Assembly: GCF_022539665.2 (NCBI RefSeq)
Contig: NC_081333.1
Coordinates: 3,658,001-3,722,000, forward strand
Length of the DNA stretch: 64,000 bases
Direction of reading: 5' to 3'
DNA from: Daphnia carinata
Taxonomy: Eukaryota
The position numbers and the translations under genes were made by a program. Below the pieces are notes generated by a model. The model was not told the origin of the DNA, did no database searches, and saw only the letters and a program-made list of their open reading frames with translations. This document shows positions 43,945 to 54,710 of the stretch, piece by piece; position 1 is the first letter of the stretch, and every line of letters begins with the position of its first letter.

Positions 43945-45277
43945 ATGGATAAGATAATACAACAAAAGGATGGTAAGTATAAACATTATTATATTGGTTT
44001 TCAATTATTAATTATTGTTTATTAGATCAAATTATGAAGCTGCAGGCCCAATTATTGGAACAACACAAAATATTAGATAACAGCAAAGCTAAGGATGGTA
44101 AGGGCTTATACGTAATGATTCTATTTATTTGCTTTTATTCATTTGTGTTTTGTAGCTCAAATTTTGAGTCTACAAGCTCAGCTAGGGGAAAAGAACAAAT
44201 TGGAATGGAACAGTTTCCAAACAGTGAAGGAGGTTTTTCCAAACTCATCCCTAACTGAACATGAGGATGAATTGGCATTAGGCGAACACAGTCAGGTACC
44301 TAAACTTTTCAAATAAGAATTCAAAATAAGTATAGAATTTTAACAAACAATTATTTATTGCTTAGTTATTCAGTCTACCACCTGACAGTGTGTTAAAGTT
44401 AAATTCTGTTAGTGCTGCACTAAAAGAATTGTTAGTAATAAGTCCATGCAGCGAAGGAATTGAACAATTGTGGGATCGTATTTGGGCTGAAAATGGGTGT
44501 GGTACGGAAACCCAGAAATAGCATGAGTTCAACATAAAACATGAATTAGGTACTTTTCGGTTTTTTGTCTATCGAAAAAGTATTTTTAATGCTATTATTT
44601 TGCATTCACAGATTTTAACGGGGGATCAAATCAAGTCTGGAAGTGTTACAGGATGGAAGAGTGAGCCTACAGATGAAAAAACACTGAGAGTGCATTACCG
44701 TAAGGTGTGAGGTAAATTAATAGAGTAATACAAATTGCCTAATGAGAAGTACCATCTTGTGTTAATGAATCCAGTACAACAGCAATCCTTTATAGTTCTG
44801 TCACAGCTAGAAGCCTCAAATAATTCTGCTTCTCTGTCTAAAGAACAACTTGTCCTTTATGTTCAGAGTGTTGGGGAAACTGGGTATTTAAATGGCCCTA
44901 AAGATGTTTTAATTTTGCTGCTATTGCAGAGATGAACATCATACATGGACTCTTTAGGTATGAAAGGATTTTTCTTCAAATAATTTTGAATTTATGACGA
45001 AGAATTTCTCCTCCTTTTGCCAACCAGGTCTTATCTACCAAAAAAAATTTTATCCAATAGGAAAGGATTTTCATGTACTGGGAAAACAACTATCAACAAT
45101 GCAACATTCTACAGGTGCTAGTTTATCATTCAAGAGCCTTATACAATGAAGTTAATCTGCAATTTGTATGTCCTTTCCCAAGCTTCCACCAGAAGTTGAA
45201 TCTATGAGTCATGTAAGTTCCATGATCAACAATTGATGTGTTTAACGGTGTTGTTTTTCTTTTCTCAATATAGGTTA
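43945..45277 (+). pseudogene. Spliced orphan gene in the left arm (coiled-coil N-terminus), interrupted by stops
   Basis: GT-AG exons give MDKIIQQKD|DQIMKLQAQLLEQHKILDNSKAKD|AQILSLQAQLGEK...EHSQ|LFSLPPD... Premature TAG at 44519-44521 and further stops downstream. The 3' exon structure is uncertain. Confidence 0.55.
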
Positions 45278-46075
45278 ATAGTAACATTGGATCTGAAAAG
45301 ATTCTTGGTTGGGGCAAGACACTGAATAAATTGTATTGATTGGATGGATGACATGACATTGCTATACTTAATTCGGATTCCCCAGACGGTATTTGATATT
45401 TAAAAAATTGAAGTGCATATCTGGGCTCCCTTCTTTTCTGAAGCCCCGTTTCCCCTTGACTCATAATAAGCCCGTAGGGGGTCATGCCCCTACTGTACGG
45501 TATATATAAAAACAACATATACCGAGGTTTGGAGGGCTCTGGCCGGAAAGGGGACGTGGGGTGCCGCTTCGTCCGATGATGTGTTCACGGAGGGTGATGT
45601 GGCTGCCCACAAATCCGAACTAAAGGTTAATCGCTCCTGTAAAAATGTTCCAAATCTTCAGCTCTTCTTCCGGCTTCTCTTAGCCAATCACCGGGTAATC
45701 TCCCCGGTGGGTCAACAAGGCAGTGTCTCCCCCTGCCTGGGTTGACGGCAACTTTTGAAAGGGCTATTGTGCCTTTTTAAAGTTGCAAAAATAATTGTAA
45801 TGTGCAGAGAATTGTCAATAAAATTTTTTTTATAAAATATTTTTTGCAAAATTCGTTTCTTTCATTGTCTGTATTCGCTGTGTTCACACGTTACACTTTT
45901 TATATTTAGCTTGCTTAATTCACCTTTATTGTTTTTGTCACCTTTGATGGTAAGCATTGTTTCCATTGGTTTATCGTTTATCTGTAAGTATTATTTATTA
46001 CACTCTTTGAATTGTTCAACTTAGATTCAAGGAACAATTGGATATTTTATGAAGTAATTTTGTATTTTGTTTTAC

Positions 46076-46140
46076 TCGTATGGGAACCGATCCCCAGACA
46101 TTCAGCGTGCAACGCCGATGCTCTAACATTGAGCCACGAG
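46076..46140 (-). ncRNA. tRNA-derived (Ala-TGC-like) pseudo-tRNA / SINE-head-like unit
   Basis: Minus strand reads GTGGCTCAATGTTAGAGCA-TCGGC GTTGCAC GCTGA-...GGGGATCGGTTCCC: A-box, anticodon arm with TGC, degenerate B-box. Confidence 0.6.
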
Positions 46141-46240
46141 ATATATTTAAATTTTTTATTATCGCATATCATATGTTATCGTCTAGGATGTTTATGCAGT
46201 CTTTCACAACTATATGTTTATCTTTCTATTGCTTCCATAA

Positions 46241-46303
46241 GGTTCTTAGCTCTGTGGTAGAGCTTTTATCTGCGATACCTGTTACCCTGGGTTCAAACCT
46301 CAG
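46241..46303 (+). ncRNA. Degenerate tRNA-like unit at the palindrome axis
   Basis: A-box/D-arm TAGCTCTGTGGTAGAGC and B-box GGTTCAAACC; anticodon arm decayed. Confidence 0.5.
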
Positions 46304-46438
46304 TAGATGTGTAAAAATGAAGTAGAATATTGTACAAGAGTATTAAGAATATTGCAGAATTGCATTTCAGTTTTATTCTAAGTGTAAATGCAAGTCCACA
46401 AGTGACTAGAAAAAAAAGCCAAACTAAAATCATATGAT

Positions 46439-46500
46439 TCGTGGCTCATTGGTAGAGCATCGGCGAGGTATGCCGAACATCCAGGGTTCGATCCCTGGAT
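46439..46500 (+). ncRNA. tRNA-derived pseudo-tRNA / SINE-head-like unit with intact Pol III A and B boxes
   Basis: GTGGCTCATTGGTAGAGCA-TCGGC GAGGTAT GCCGA-...CAGGGTTCGATCCCTG; lacks U33 and a proper acceptor stem. Confidence 0.65.
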
Positions 46501-47235
46501 AATAATAGAATGCTGATAATAGAATGCTTACATATAAACGATAAACCAATACCCGTCACCTTACCATCAAATGTGACAAAAACAAATAAAGCAAAGCCAA
46601 AAAAAAAAATTGATAAATGTAATGTGTGAACAAAGCTAACACAGACAATGAAAGAAACGAATTTTGCAAAAAATATTTTATAAAAAAAATTGTATTGACA
46701 ATTCTCTGCACATTACAATTATTTTTGCAACTTTAAAAAGGCACAATAGCCCTTTCAAAAGTTGCCGTCAACCCAGGCAGGGGGAGACACTGCCTTGTTG
46801 ACCCACCGGGGAGATTACCCGGTGATTGGCTAAGAGAGGCCGGAAGAAGAGCTGAAGATTTGGAACATTTTTACAGGAGCGATTAACCTTTAGTTCGGAT
46901 TTGTGGGCAGCCACATCACCCTCCGTGAACACATCATCGGACGAAGCGGCACCCCACGTCCCCTTTCCGGCCAGAGCCCTCCAAACCTCGGTATATGTTG
47001 TTTTTATATATACCGTACAGTAGGGGCATGACCCCCTACGGGCTTATTATGAGTCAAGGGGAAACGGGGCTTCAGAAAAGAAGGGAGCCCAGATATGCAC
47101 TTCAATTTTTTAAATATCAAATACCGTCTGGGGAATCCGAATTAAGTATAGCAATGTCATGTCATCCATCCAATCAATACAATTTATTCAGTGTCTTGCC
47201 CCAACCAAGAATCTTTTCAGATCCAATGTTACTAT

Positions 47236-48565
47236 TAACCTATATTGAGAAAAGAAAAACAACACCGTTAAACACATCAATTGTTGATCATGGAACTTAC
47301 ATGACTCATAGATTCAACTTCTGGTGGAAGCTTGGGAAAGGACATACAAATTGCAGATTAACTTCATTGTATAAGGCTCTTGAATGATAAACTAGCACCT
47401 GTAGAATGTTGCATTGTTGATAGTTGTTTTCCCAGTACATGAAAATCCTTTCCTATTGGATAAAATTTTTTTTGGTAGATAAGACCTGGTTGGCAAAAAG
47501 GAGGAGAAATTCTTCGTCATAAATTCAAAATTATTTGAAGAAAAATCCTTTCATACCTAAAGAGTCCATGTATGATGTTCATCTCTGCAATAGCAGCAAA
47601 ATTAAAACATCTTTAGGGCCATTTAAATACCCAGTTTCCCCAACACTCTGAACATAAAGGACAAGTTGTTCTTTAGACAGAGAAGCAGAATTATTTGAGG
47701 CTTCTAGCTGTGACAGAACTATAAAGGATTGCTGTTGTACTGGATTCATTAACACAAGATGGTACTTCTCATTAGGCAATTTGCATTACTCTATTAATTT
47801 ACCTCACACCTTACGGTAATGCACTCTCAGTGTTTTTTCATCTGTAGGCTCACTCTTCCATCCTGTAACACTTCCAGACTTGATTTGATCCCCCGTTAAA
47901 ATCTGTGAATGCAAAATAATAGCATTAAAAATACTTTTTCGATAGACAAAAAACCGAAAAGTACCTAATCCATGTTTCATGTTGAACTTGTGCCATTTCT
48001 GGGTTTCTGTACCACACCCATTTTCAGCCCAAATACGATCCCACAATTGTTCAATTCCTTCGCTGCATGGACTTATTACTAACGATTCTTTTAGTGCAGC
48101 ACTAACAGAATTTAAATTTAACACACTGTCATGTGGTGGACTGAATAACTAAGCAATAAATAATTGTTTTTTAAAATTCTATACTTATTTTGAATTCTTA
48201 TTTGAAAACTTTAGGTACCTGGCTGTGTTCACCTAATGCCAACTCATCCTCACGTTCAGTTAGAGATGAGTTTTGAAAAACCTCCTTCACTGTTTGGAAA
48301 CTGTTCCGTTCCAATTTGTTCTTTTCCCCTAGCTGAGCTTGAAGACTCAAAATTTGAGCAACAAAACACGAATGAATAAAAGCAAATAAATAGAATCATT
48401 ACGTGTTAGGCCTACGATCCTTAGCTTTGTTATCTAATATTTTGTGTTGTTCCAATAACTGGGCCTGCAGCTTCATAATTTGATCTAATAAACAATAATT
48501 AATAATTGAAAACCAATATAATAATGTTTATACTTACCATTTTTTTGTTTTATTATCTTATCCAT
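47236..48565 (-). pseudogene. Mirror copy of the orphan spliced gene in the right arm
   Basis: Same exons, with TGG in place of the left-arm TAG, a 3-nt in-frame deletion in exon 2, and the exon-3 acceptor mutated AG to TG (~48359-48360). Confidence 0.55.
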
Positions 48566-49880
48566 TTTTCAATTGTTCCTCCAGCCACGCGTTGTTCTCC
48601 AGCCACGCTACTCAATTAACTGCTAATGGGATACAATTAACTCAAATTGCTTACATGCCTGTAATAACGAAACCGACTGATAGATGGCTACGGGTAGAAA
48701 AAAGAGAAAAAAGTGCGATTTTTTTTTTTTTTCCGCCATTTTTTTTTTTTTTTTTTATGTAAAACGGATTGCCATATATTAACGCACAAGAATGTTAAGA
48801 AACATCGCTATCAAGTTAAGTTATTTGTTACAGCTAATCAGTGATTACAGGGGAACAATAACGCCACCTTTTTTTCCTATATGCAACCCGTTCACATTTC
48901 AGGCTATAGAAATAAGCCCGACAAAAAACATAAGCCCGACTTTTTTTTAAATTTTGTATTTTATTTTTTTAACTTCCATATAATACGAAAATATGTGATT
49001 TATATTTTAATTTAACAAGGATCACGCAAATTGCATTAATTTTTCCTCTGAGACTTGAAATTCCAGAACTAAATGTGAAAAACTAGTTTACTAGCGCGCC
49101 AGTACGCTACAGCGCTAGCGTAGGGAAAATCCTCACGATAGTTTTCTTCGTTTATTTGAAAAACTATTAGGCCCATTGAAAAATAAACTTGATTTCCGTG
49201 ATTCCCATTTAATTCTGAATCGAAATCATTTATTTTAAGCCAAATTTGAAATTTGGCCAAAAATCAAAAAGTGGGAAGGCTATTATTATATTATTTAAAA
49301 TGTTGAGGCCAATTCGGTTTCATTCACTTTTTTAAAATTTCCAGATAGCGATTATGTCTATACCATAGCTACGCGAACGCTGAAGAAAGCTCCGCTGGAT
49401 TGAAGTAAAGGAATAATAAGGTAGGTCATCAATAGTAGTATTTTATCCCAAATTTTCATTACGCAGGGGGATGATGGGAGTGATAACGAGCATGCGACAT
49501 TACTGAAGTCTAATGGTAATAAAAAAGTAGAAAGGTTAAACACTGTCCTAGCGCACACTAGTATCAATTATACTCAACCGGCTGTTACCACAAAAATAAT
49601 AAGCAATTGGTAAGTTGAAGGTCGCGGTCGTTCAACGGGTATGAGTTACGGTGGCCGGTCTTGATAATATCAGGACGAGCATGTACGTCTATCACTCTCC
49701 AACGGTAACCAAAGGTAGGTATACCAGTTAAGTCCAATGGATGGTAAGAGCCTCTCCACGACCAGACGGATTATACGTAGTGGCCCGTCGTGATAGTATC
49801 GCGACATGTAGATATCACTCCAACGGACTTAACAACAGGCCATGGTATTTGAATTGATATGATTTCATTTGAGGAACTAA

Positions 49881-49960
49881 CTTCCGCCTCGGTCTACGGA
49901 CCAAAAAGGAGCACGGGCAGGGCCTAGGGGGAAGTTCCCGACGGCGCTCAACCGTGAATA
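49881..49960 (-). repeat. Right copy of the 80-bp inverted repeat
   Basis: Reverse complement of 41161-41240 with 4 mismatches. Confidence 0.9.
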
Positions 49961-50532
49961 ATCATTTGTTAGTGTTTTTTTTTTTTTTTTTTACTTTTTT
50001 TTTTCTTTTTGCTAGAGCACATGAAGAGACGGAAAACTTTAGAGGATCTTCTATTCGACTTGGTTGAAGTGCGGTGCTGCCTTACTGGATGTTATTTCGG
50101 AACCGGATCCAATCCAATGTTCAATTCCATCCGATCCAATGTCCTTTTTGTTGCTGACGATGGAAATCTTCCACTGATTCGTCAACTGCTCTTACCTGGA
50201 ATCAGGTGCAAAAACGTGAACTTTGGAAGTAATCTGAGGTGGCATTGCCAAGAACTCTTTGGGATGTTCAGCCACTTAATGCGAAATGAAACCCATTAAG
50301 CGTACGGCTGCTTGATTGTTGGAGAAAATCTCCGACAGCATAGGAACAGAAACTCAGCTACAGCCCAAGAGTTTTCAATTTTACATGTTGTATAACTCCC
50401 ATTACGTTTTAATACTTGCTTCATAAATAAATAAATAGCTTCACTTTAAATCTATGTATCTGTGCTGTTTATCTTGCTGTACGTGACGTTAAGCGGAATT
50501 TGCCCGGCAAATTGTGTGACGATCCAAAGTCG

Positions 50533-52100
50533 TTAACCGTGGTATCCTGAGATATGTAAGATAGAATAAATTTTCCGGCAGTCACACTACCATTGCATTA
50601 GAAAATATGGTGCAACTTACTACCCCTCACACCTGGAATACCGCCATAAACAGATTTTTTCAAAAATACGAATAGTGTTATTCTTCCACGTTAATTTTTT
50701 AACGCTGGTGCCGCCATAATTCATCATTATCAAACTACTCACTACTATAGCACATTGTTATTTAACATGCATTTTTTTTACCTCCGAAACTTCCATGTCC
50801 TGTTAATTAATAAGGAAAAGTTCAGGCAACGGTTCTAATTTAATTTCAGATAACATACCTCCAAATCCTCCACCGTAACCAGTTCTCAAGCCTTCATACC
50901 ACAAAGATGACACGATGAATTAGTTCAGTTTTTGGTACTAAGCATTAAGTTTTTGAATGAGATTTCTTACCAGCGCCTCCAAAGCTTCCACCTTAAATTG
51001 CAATTATTAAAATTATGAAAAATCAGCACACAATTCCGAATTCCATAATCTAATCGCAAACGTACCTCCGTAACCGAATCCACCTACAGTAGCTGCTCAT
51101 TTTTGGAGAACGAAGCAATTCCACCGTAATAAATTAAACCTTAATTATTCTCCGTTTAAAATGTCAATCAAGTTAAAGTTTAATCGCTTCACCTCCATGT
51201 CCTGCAAATCCTCCTAGACGGGAACCTGTTGCGTAGCCTAAACTTTTAAGTGCATTACCCAATACTGTTTAGAAACACTTAAAACAAGATTATACCTCCG
51301 CTGAATCCTCCTCTTCCTAAAACGAGAGTTACATGAAATTCATAATTAGAACTTTATAAACGATTAAAATTCTATACCTCCGTAGCTACCTCCAAAACTT
51401 CCTCCGGAGCTACCTGTTGTTCGCACACGTTGAACATGATAAACACCAATATCATCTTCAATCGACCTTATTAGTTTACAAATTGTAATTTACCTGCGTG
51501 CCCACCAACGAACGACCGAGTTCCTTTCATGTGTCGTCCATTTACATGGTTTAAGAGCAGATGAAACGTTTGAACACAAAACTGTTAAATTAATTGTTTA
51601 ACAAATAAAAGTTTATACCCCCATAACCACCACCGAATCCTGCACTTCCTAATAGTTCAACAGAAACGAATGTATGAACCATTTTTCATTTAAGAAATAA
51701 AACAATTTACCTCCGTAACTACCGGTGAATCCTCCTCCAAATCCTGCAAGTCAATGGATTATACCATATACGTTCGTTACAAGCAACAGATGCATAAATC
51801 AAACGAAAACTAACGAAATTTATTTGCTTAAATGTAGGAAAAAGGAGACCTTAAAATACTAGTTATGCTAATAAATATTAACTTATGTTATTATTCGAGC
51901 ATTTTGTTTCATACCACCGTGAGTTCTACTGCCGTAATGTTGGGCCGTCGCTGCGCTGATAAATACGACAAGCAGAACAACTGCGAACATGAAATAAAAA
52001 ACCTAAAATATAATCGGATTTAAATTTGGTTACAACTTTGTCTCTTATTGTCATGAAAATGTAAAGTACTTACGTTTCGGATGGAAAAACGACTCATCAT
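50533..52100 (-). CDS. Secreted glycine-rich peptide (~141 aa) encoded by 14 exons, 11 of them symmetric phase-1 micro-exons
   Basis: Exons 52074-52100, 51915-52002, 51711-51743, 51619-51648, 51494-51523, 51378-51413, 51296-51316, 51193-51237, 51066-51083, 50971-50991, 50859-50891, 50782-50799, 50621-50632, 50533-50546, joined by GT-AG introns. They sum to 426 nt with no internal stop: a signal peptide followed by GGFGG/GYGG repeats. Confidence 0.8.
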
Positions 52101-52196
52101 TTTGATTCGAAGAATTTAAATTCTGCGGGTAAAGTTGGAAGTTGCTTACGCTCTCTTTGCTTGAGGTGTGATGAAAATGAAATTATTTGTACAACC

Positions 52197-52203
52197 TTTT
52201 ATA
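52197..52203 (-). promoter_or_regulatory. TATA box of the glycine-rich micro-exon gene
   Basis: TATAAAA on the minus strand ~100 bp upstream of the ATG, with TCATT/TCATC Inr-like sequence ~25-30 bp downstream. Confidence 0.6.
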
Positions 52204-52909
52204 CCAGACCGGAAACAAAGTGCCGATTAAATGTTTGCAAATGCGCTTTGTTTCTAATTCTGTTTTTGCTTCTGTTGGGTGGTCGAATACAATAGTCCCC
52301 CAGTGTAACAAAAATCAGCCCATTGAATTACTTTGACACGTGACGTCATTTGACTAACTATTTTTCACTGAAAGGGAAATTAAAAAAAAAAGAAATGTAA
52401 TAATCGCTTTCACGTTAAAAGAAGTTCGATCTATAATTCTTTGAATACGCAATTGAGAAACAATGTTGACGCAGTGCGATGAATAACTTGACCAAATATC
52501 ACGCTGAATGATTACCCATCGGTACCTGGCATCAGGTGGTACATCAAAATAAACTTGGTCATGGAACACTGCGCACAGTATCTCGTCATCTTGACATTGC
52601 AATAAAAGTGAAAACAAGAAATCGAACATTGCCCTCCCACCTTTCGCTTTCTATTGTCACGTAGCCGTTCCGTGATGAAGAATTGTTTTGAAAACCCCAC
52701 TTCCGGGCTGTTTCTTTGATAGCGAAGAACTGTTGTTAGAGAAATATAATTCATTTATTTGAAACAACCTATTAGGCCAAACGACGTAACGCAATGGCGT
52801 TTAACTCGCATAAAACTTGTCGGATGAGAAACAATTGCATCCATTTGTTGCCATCGCCATTTGAATGATGGACATAACGGAAACCACTCCAATCAGCGTG
52901 AAATGAAAA

Positions 52910-54065
52910 TCACTTTTTGCATTGATCCCGACATTTTGGCACTTGGCTGCACGGTTGGCAATCTTGGGCCTCATCGTTGTAAATCTTATTGCCCTCACAA
53001 TCCTAAGAGAATAATGTAAACAATTAAAAATCAGCTGTGATAAAGATAAGACGCATAACCGAAATGTTTTCTAACGTTGGAATTACCATCAATGTCGCAA
53101 CACAGTTGTCACATTCATAATATTGTGAACTGCAAGCATCACCCGGGATGGGATGAAGCATATCAAGATTATTTGGGCAGACAAAGGAGTCATGTGCATG
53201 CCACATGTTAAACAGCGATGATGGACACGCTGGAGCATCGGCAGTCGTTGTTTGTCCATTTGTTGTTGATTCAGTAACTGCCAATGTCGTGAAATCTTGG
53301 GATGCTGGGCTGAATAGAATGTCGTCAATGGCAACGGCGTCTTCAGCGTCTATGCCACAGTAAGCGTAAAAGACTAACTAATTACACGAAGTGCGTGTTT
53401 TTAATTCAAGTAATCGGACATTAGATTATTGTTTTTACTGAGAAAGTTGAAGAAGATTGACCGGTGACAAAAAGCGATCGAGACTGCCATGATCGATTGG
53501 ATATGTCTGAGTAATTGTACAAATTAACTAGGAGTTCTTCATTTCCGTTACGTGCCAAGTACACCTGCGTGGAAATTACCAAGAACATGACAAGTTTTAA
53601 ATTTCTTACCGTAATAACACGTTTAAATAGTTTGAAATTCAAATGCGTGATAACGATATTTTAATTTAATTAAAATTATACCTCGAGATTGGTGAACGCG
53701 GGCCATTTGGAACGAATCCAGAATGCAAACGAAACGTTAATTTCATTGCCGGATGGAAGTTTAAACGTCGGACTCCGCAGAATTGCTACACCGAACGATT
53801 TAGATCCTCTTCGATCAACCCGAAGATAATTTTTACCGTTTAATGGCTGAGGTGCTGGGTTGTTTGGCTCCCAAGATGACGCTTGATTGCCCACCTTCCA
53901 TCGAACACTTCCTTGCGATTCTTCGATCCATGGCTGCAGCGTTCCATCTTCGAAATCATTGTCCAACTCGGAAAGCTCTTTCGATCCTGCTTTAATGTTT
54001 TGCGCAATTCCTTCGGTAAGACACGATACAAAACACACATAAACTATGAATACAGTCTCCTTCAT
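52910..54065 (-). CDS. Secreted MAM-like domain + Thr linker + chitin-binding (peritrophin-A/CBM14-like) protein
   Basis: Signal peptide; DFEDGTLQPW...LRSPTF...AVAIDDI; C-terminal FVCP...HPIPGDACSSQYYEC...LMDCEGNKIYNDEAQDC. Confidence 0.75.
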
Positions 54066-54710
54066 GATTGTCCACTTGCTTTCACGGACAATTTTTCCAC
54101 CGCAACAATAGTTTCACGATGGTCGTACATGGAATAAAAGTAATACAATTGAAATTCACATGCAGCTACGAGCGTTATCTCATGTTCGGCTAGCCTCATT
54201 TGTCATACGTATCTTTATTGATAATACCACGATAAAAATTTGTGAAGTTTTAGCCAGTGTACCGCAAGTAACGTCATTACGTGCCAGTTTTAAAACGTCG
54301 TGGAATTTCAACATGCCGTAAACTTGATTACTCGTCTACGCGACTATTGGCATGTAAGAATGCATTGTAAACTTTTACCCAGACGTAACATACTTACGTA
54401 ATCTATGAAGCGTAAGCTCTTGTCCGTGACGTAGCGTCGATAGAGGCGGAGACAATAGATTATGCTACAATACCTAAATGCATTTAGGAATAGCTAATGT
54501 TTTTTACGTTTAATCCGCTTACCATTTCGTGGAATTTAGGACGTATCAAAATAGGCGTTCTCCGCGATATTTGAACTGACAATATGTATTTCCTATTACA
54601 ATTATTAAAACTTGGCTGTGCCTTTTCTGTGCCGAATGTCGCCATAAATTTAATTAGACATTGATCCTCCTCCGTATACCATTGACTCCGGACTTAAACA
54701 TTACGCTACG

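Larger units (their letters stand above)
43739..48776. mobile_element. ~5-kb foldback/palindromic element: left arm ~43739-45872, spacer, right arm 46641-48776
   Basis: Arms are reverse complements (coordinate sums 92513-92515). Identical mirrored ORFs at 45126-45518/46995-47387 and 44735-44935/47579-47779. The palindrome is certain; mobility is inferred, and no transposase was recognised. Confidence 0.75.

Noticed and set aside
45126..45518. 130-aa ORF duplicated identically in both arms as a real protein
   Set aside because: Identity is explained by DNA-level arm homogenisation. It overlaps splice signals of the opposite-strand gene and the hairpins, and has no recognisable motif.
45711..45795. 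HDV-like ribozyme (P1-GG-CAAC-P4 resemblance)
   Set aside because: No convincing P2/P3 pairing or L3 consensus could be built.
46076..46500. Functional tRNA genes
   Set aside because: Acceptor stems are poor, and each unit has a defective U33, B-box or anticodon arm; treated as tRNA-derived.
46880..46892. Telomerase RNA template for TTAGG (TAACCT)
   Set aside because: Only 6 nt match, which is too short and expected by chance.
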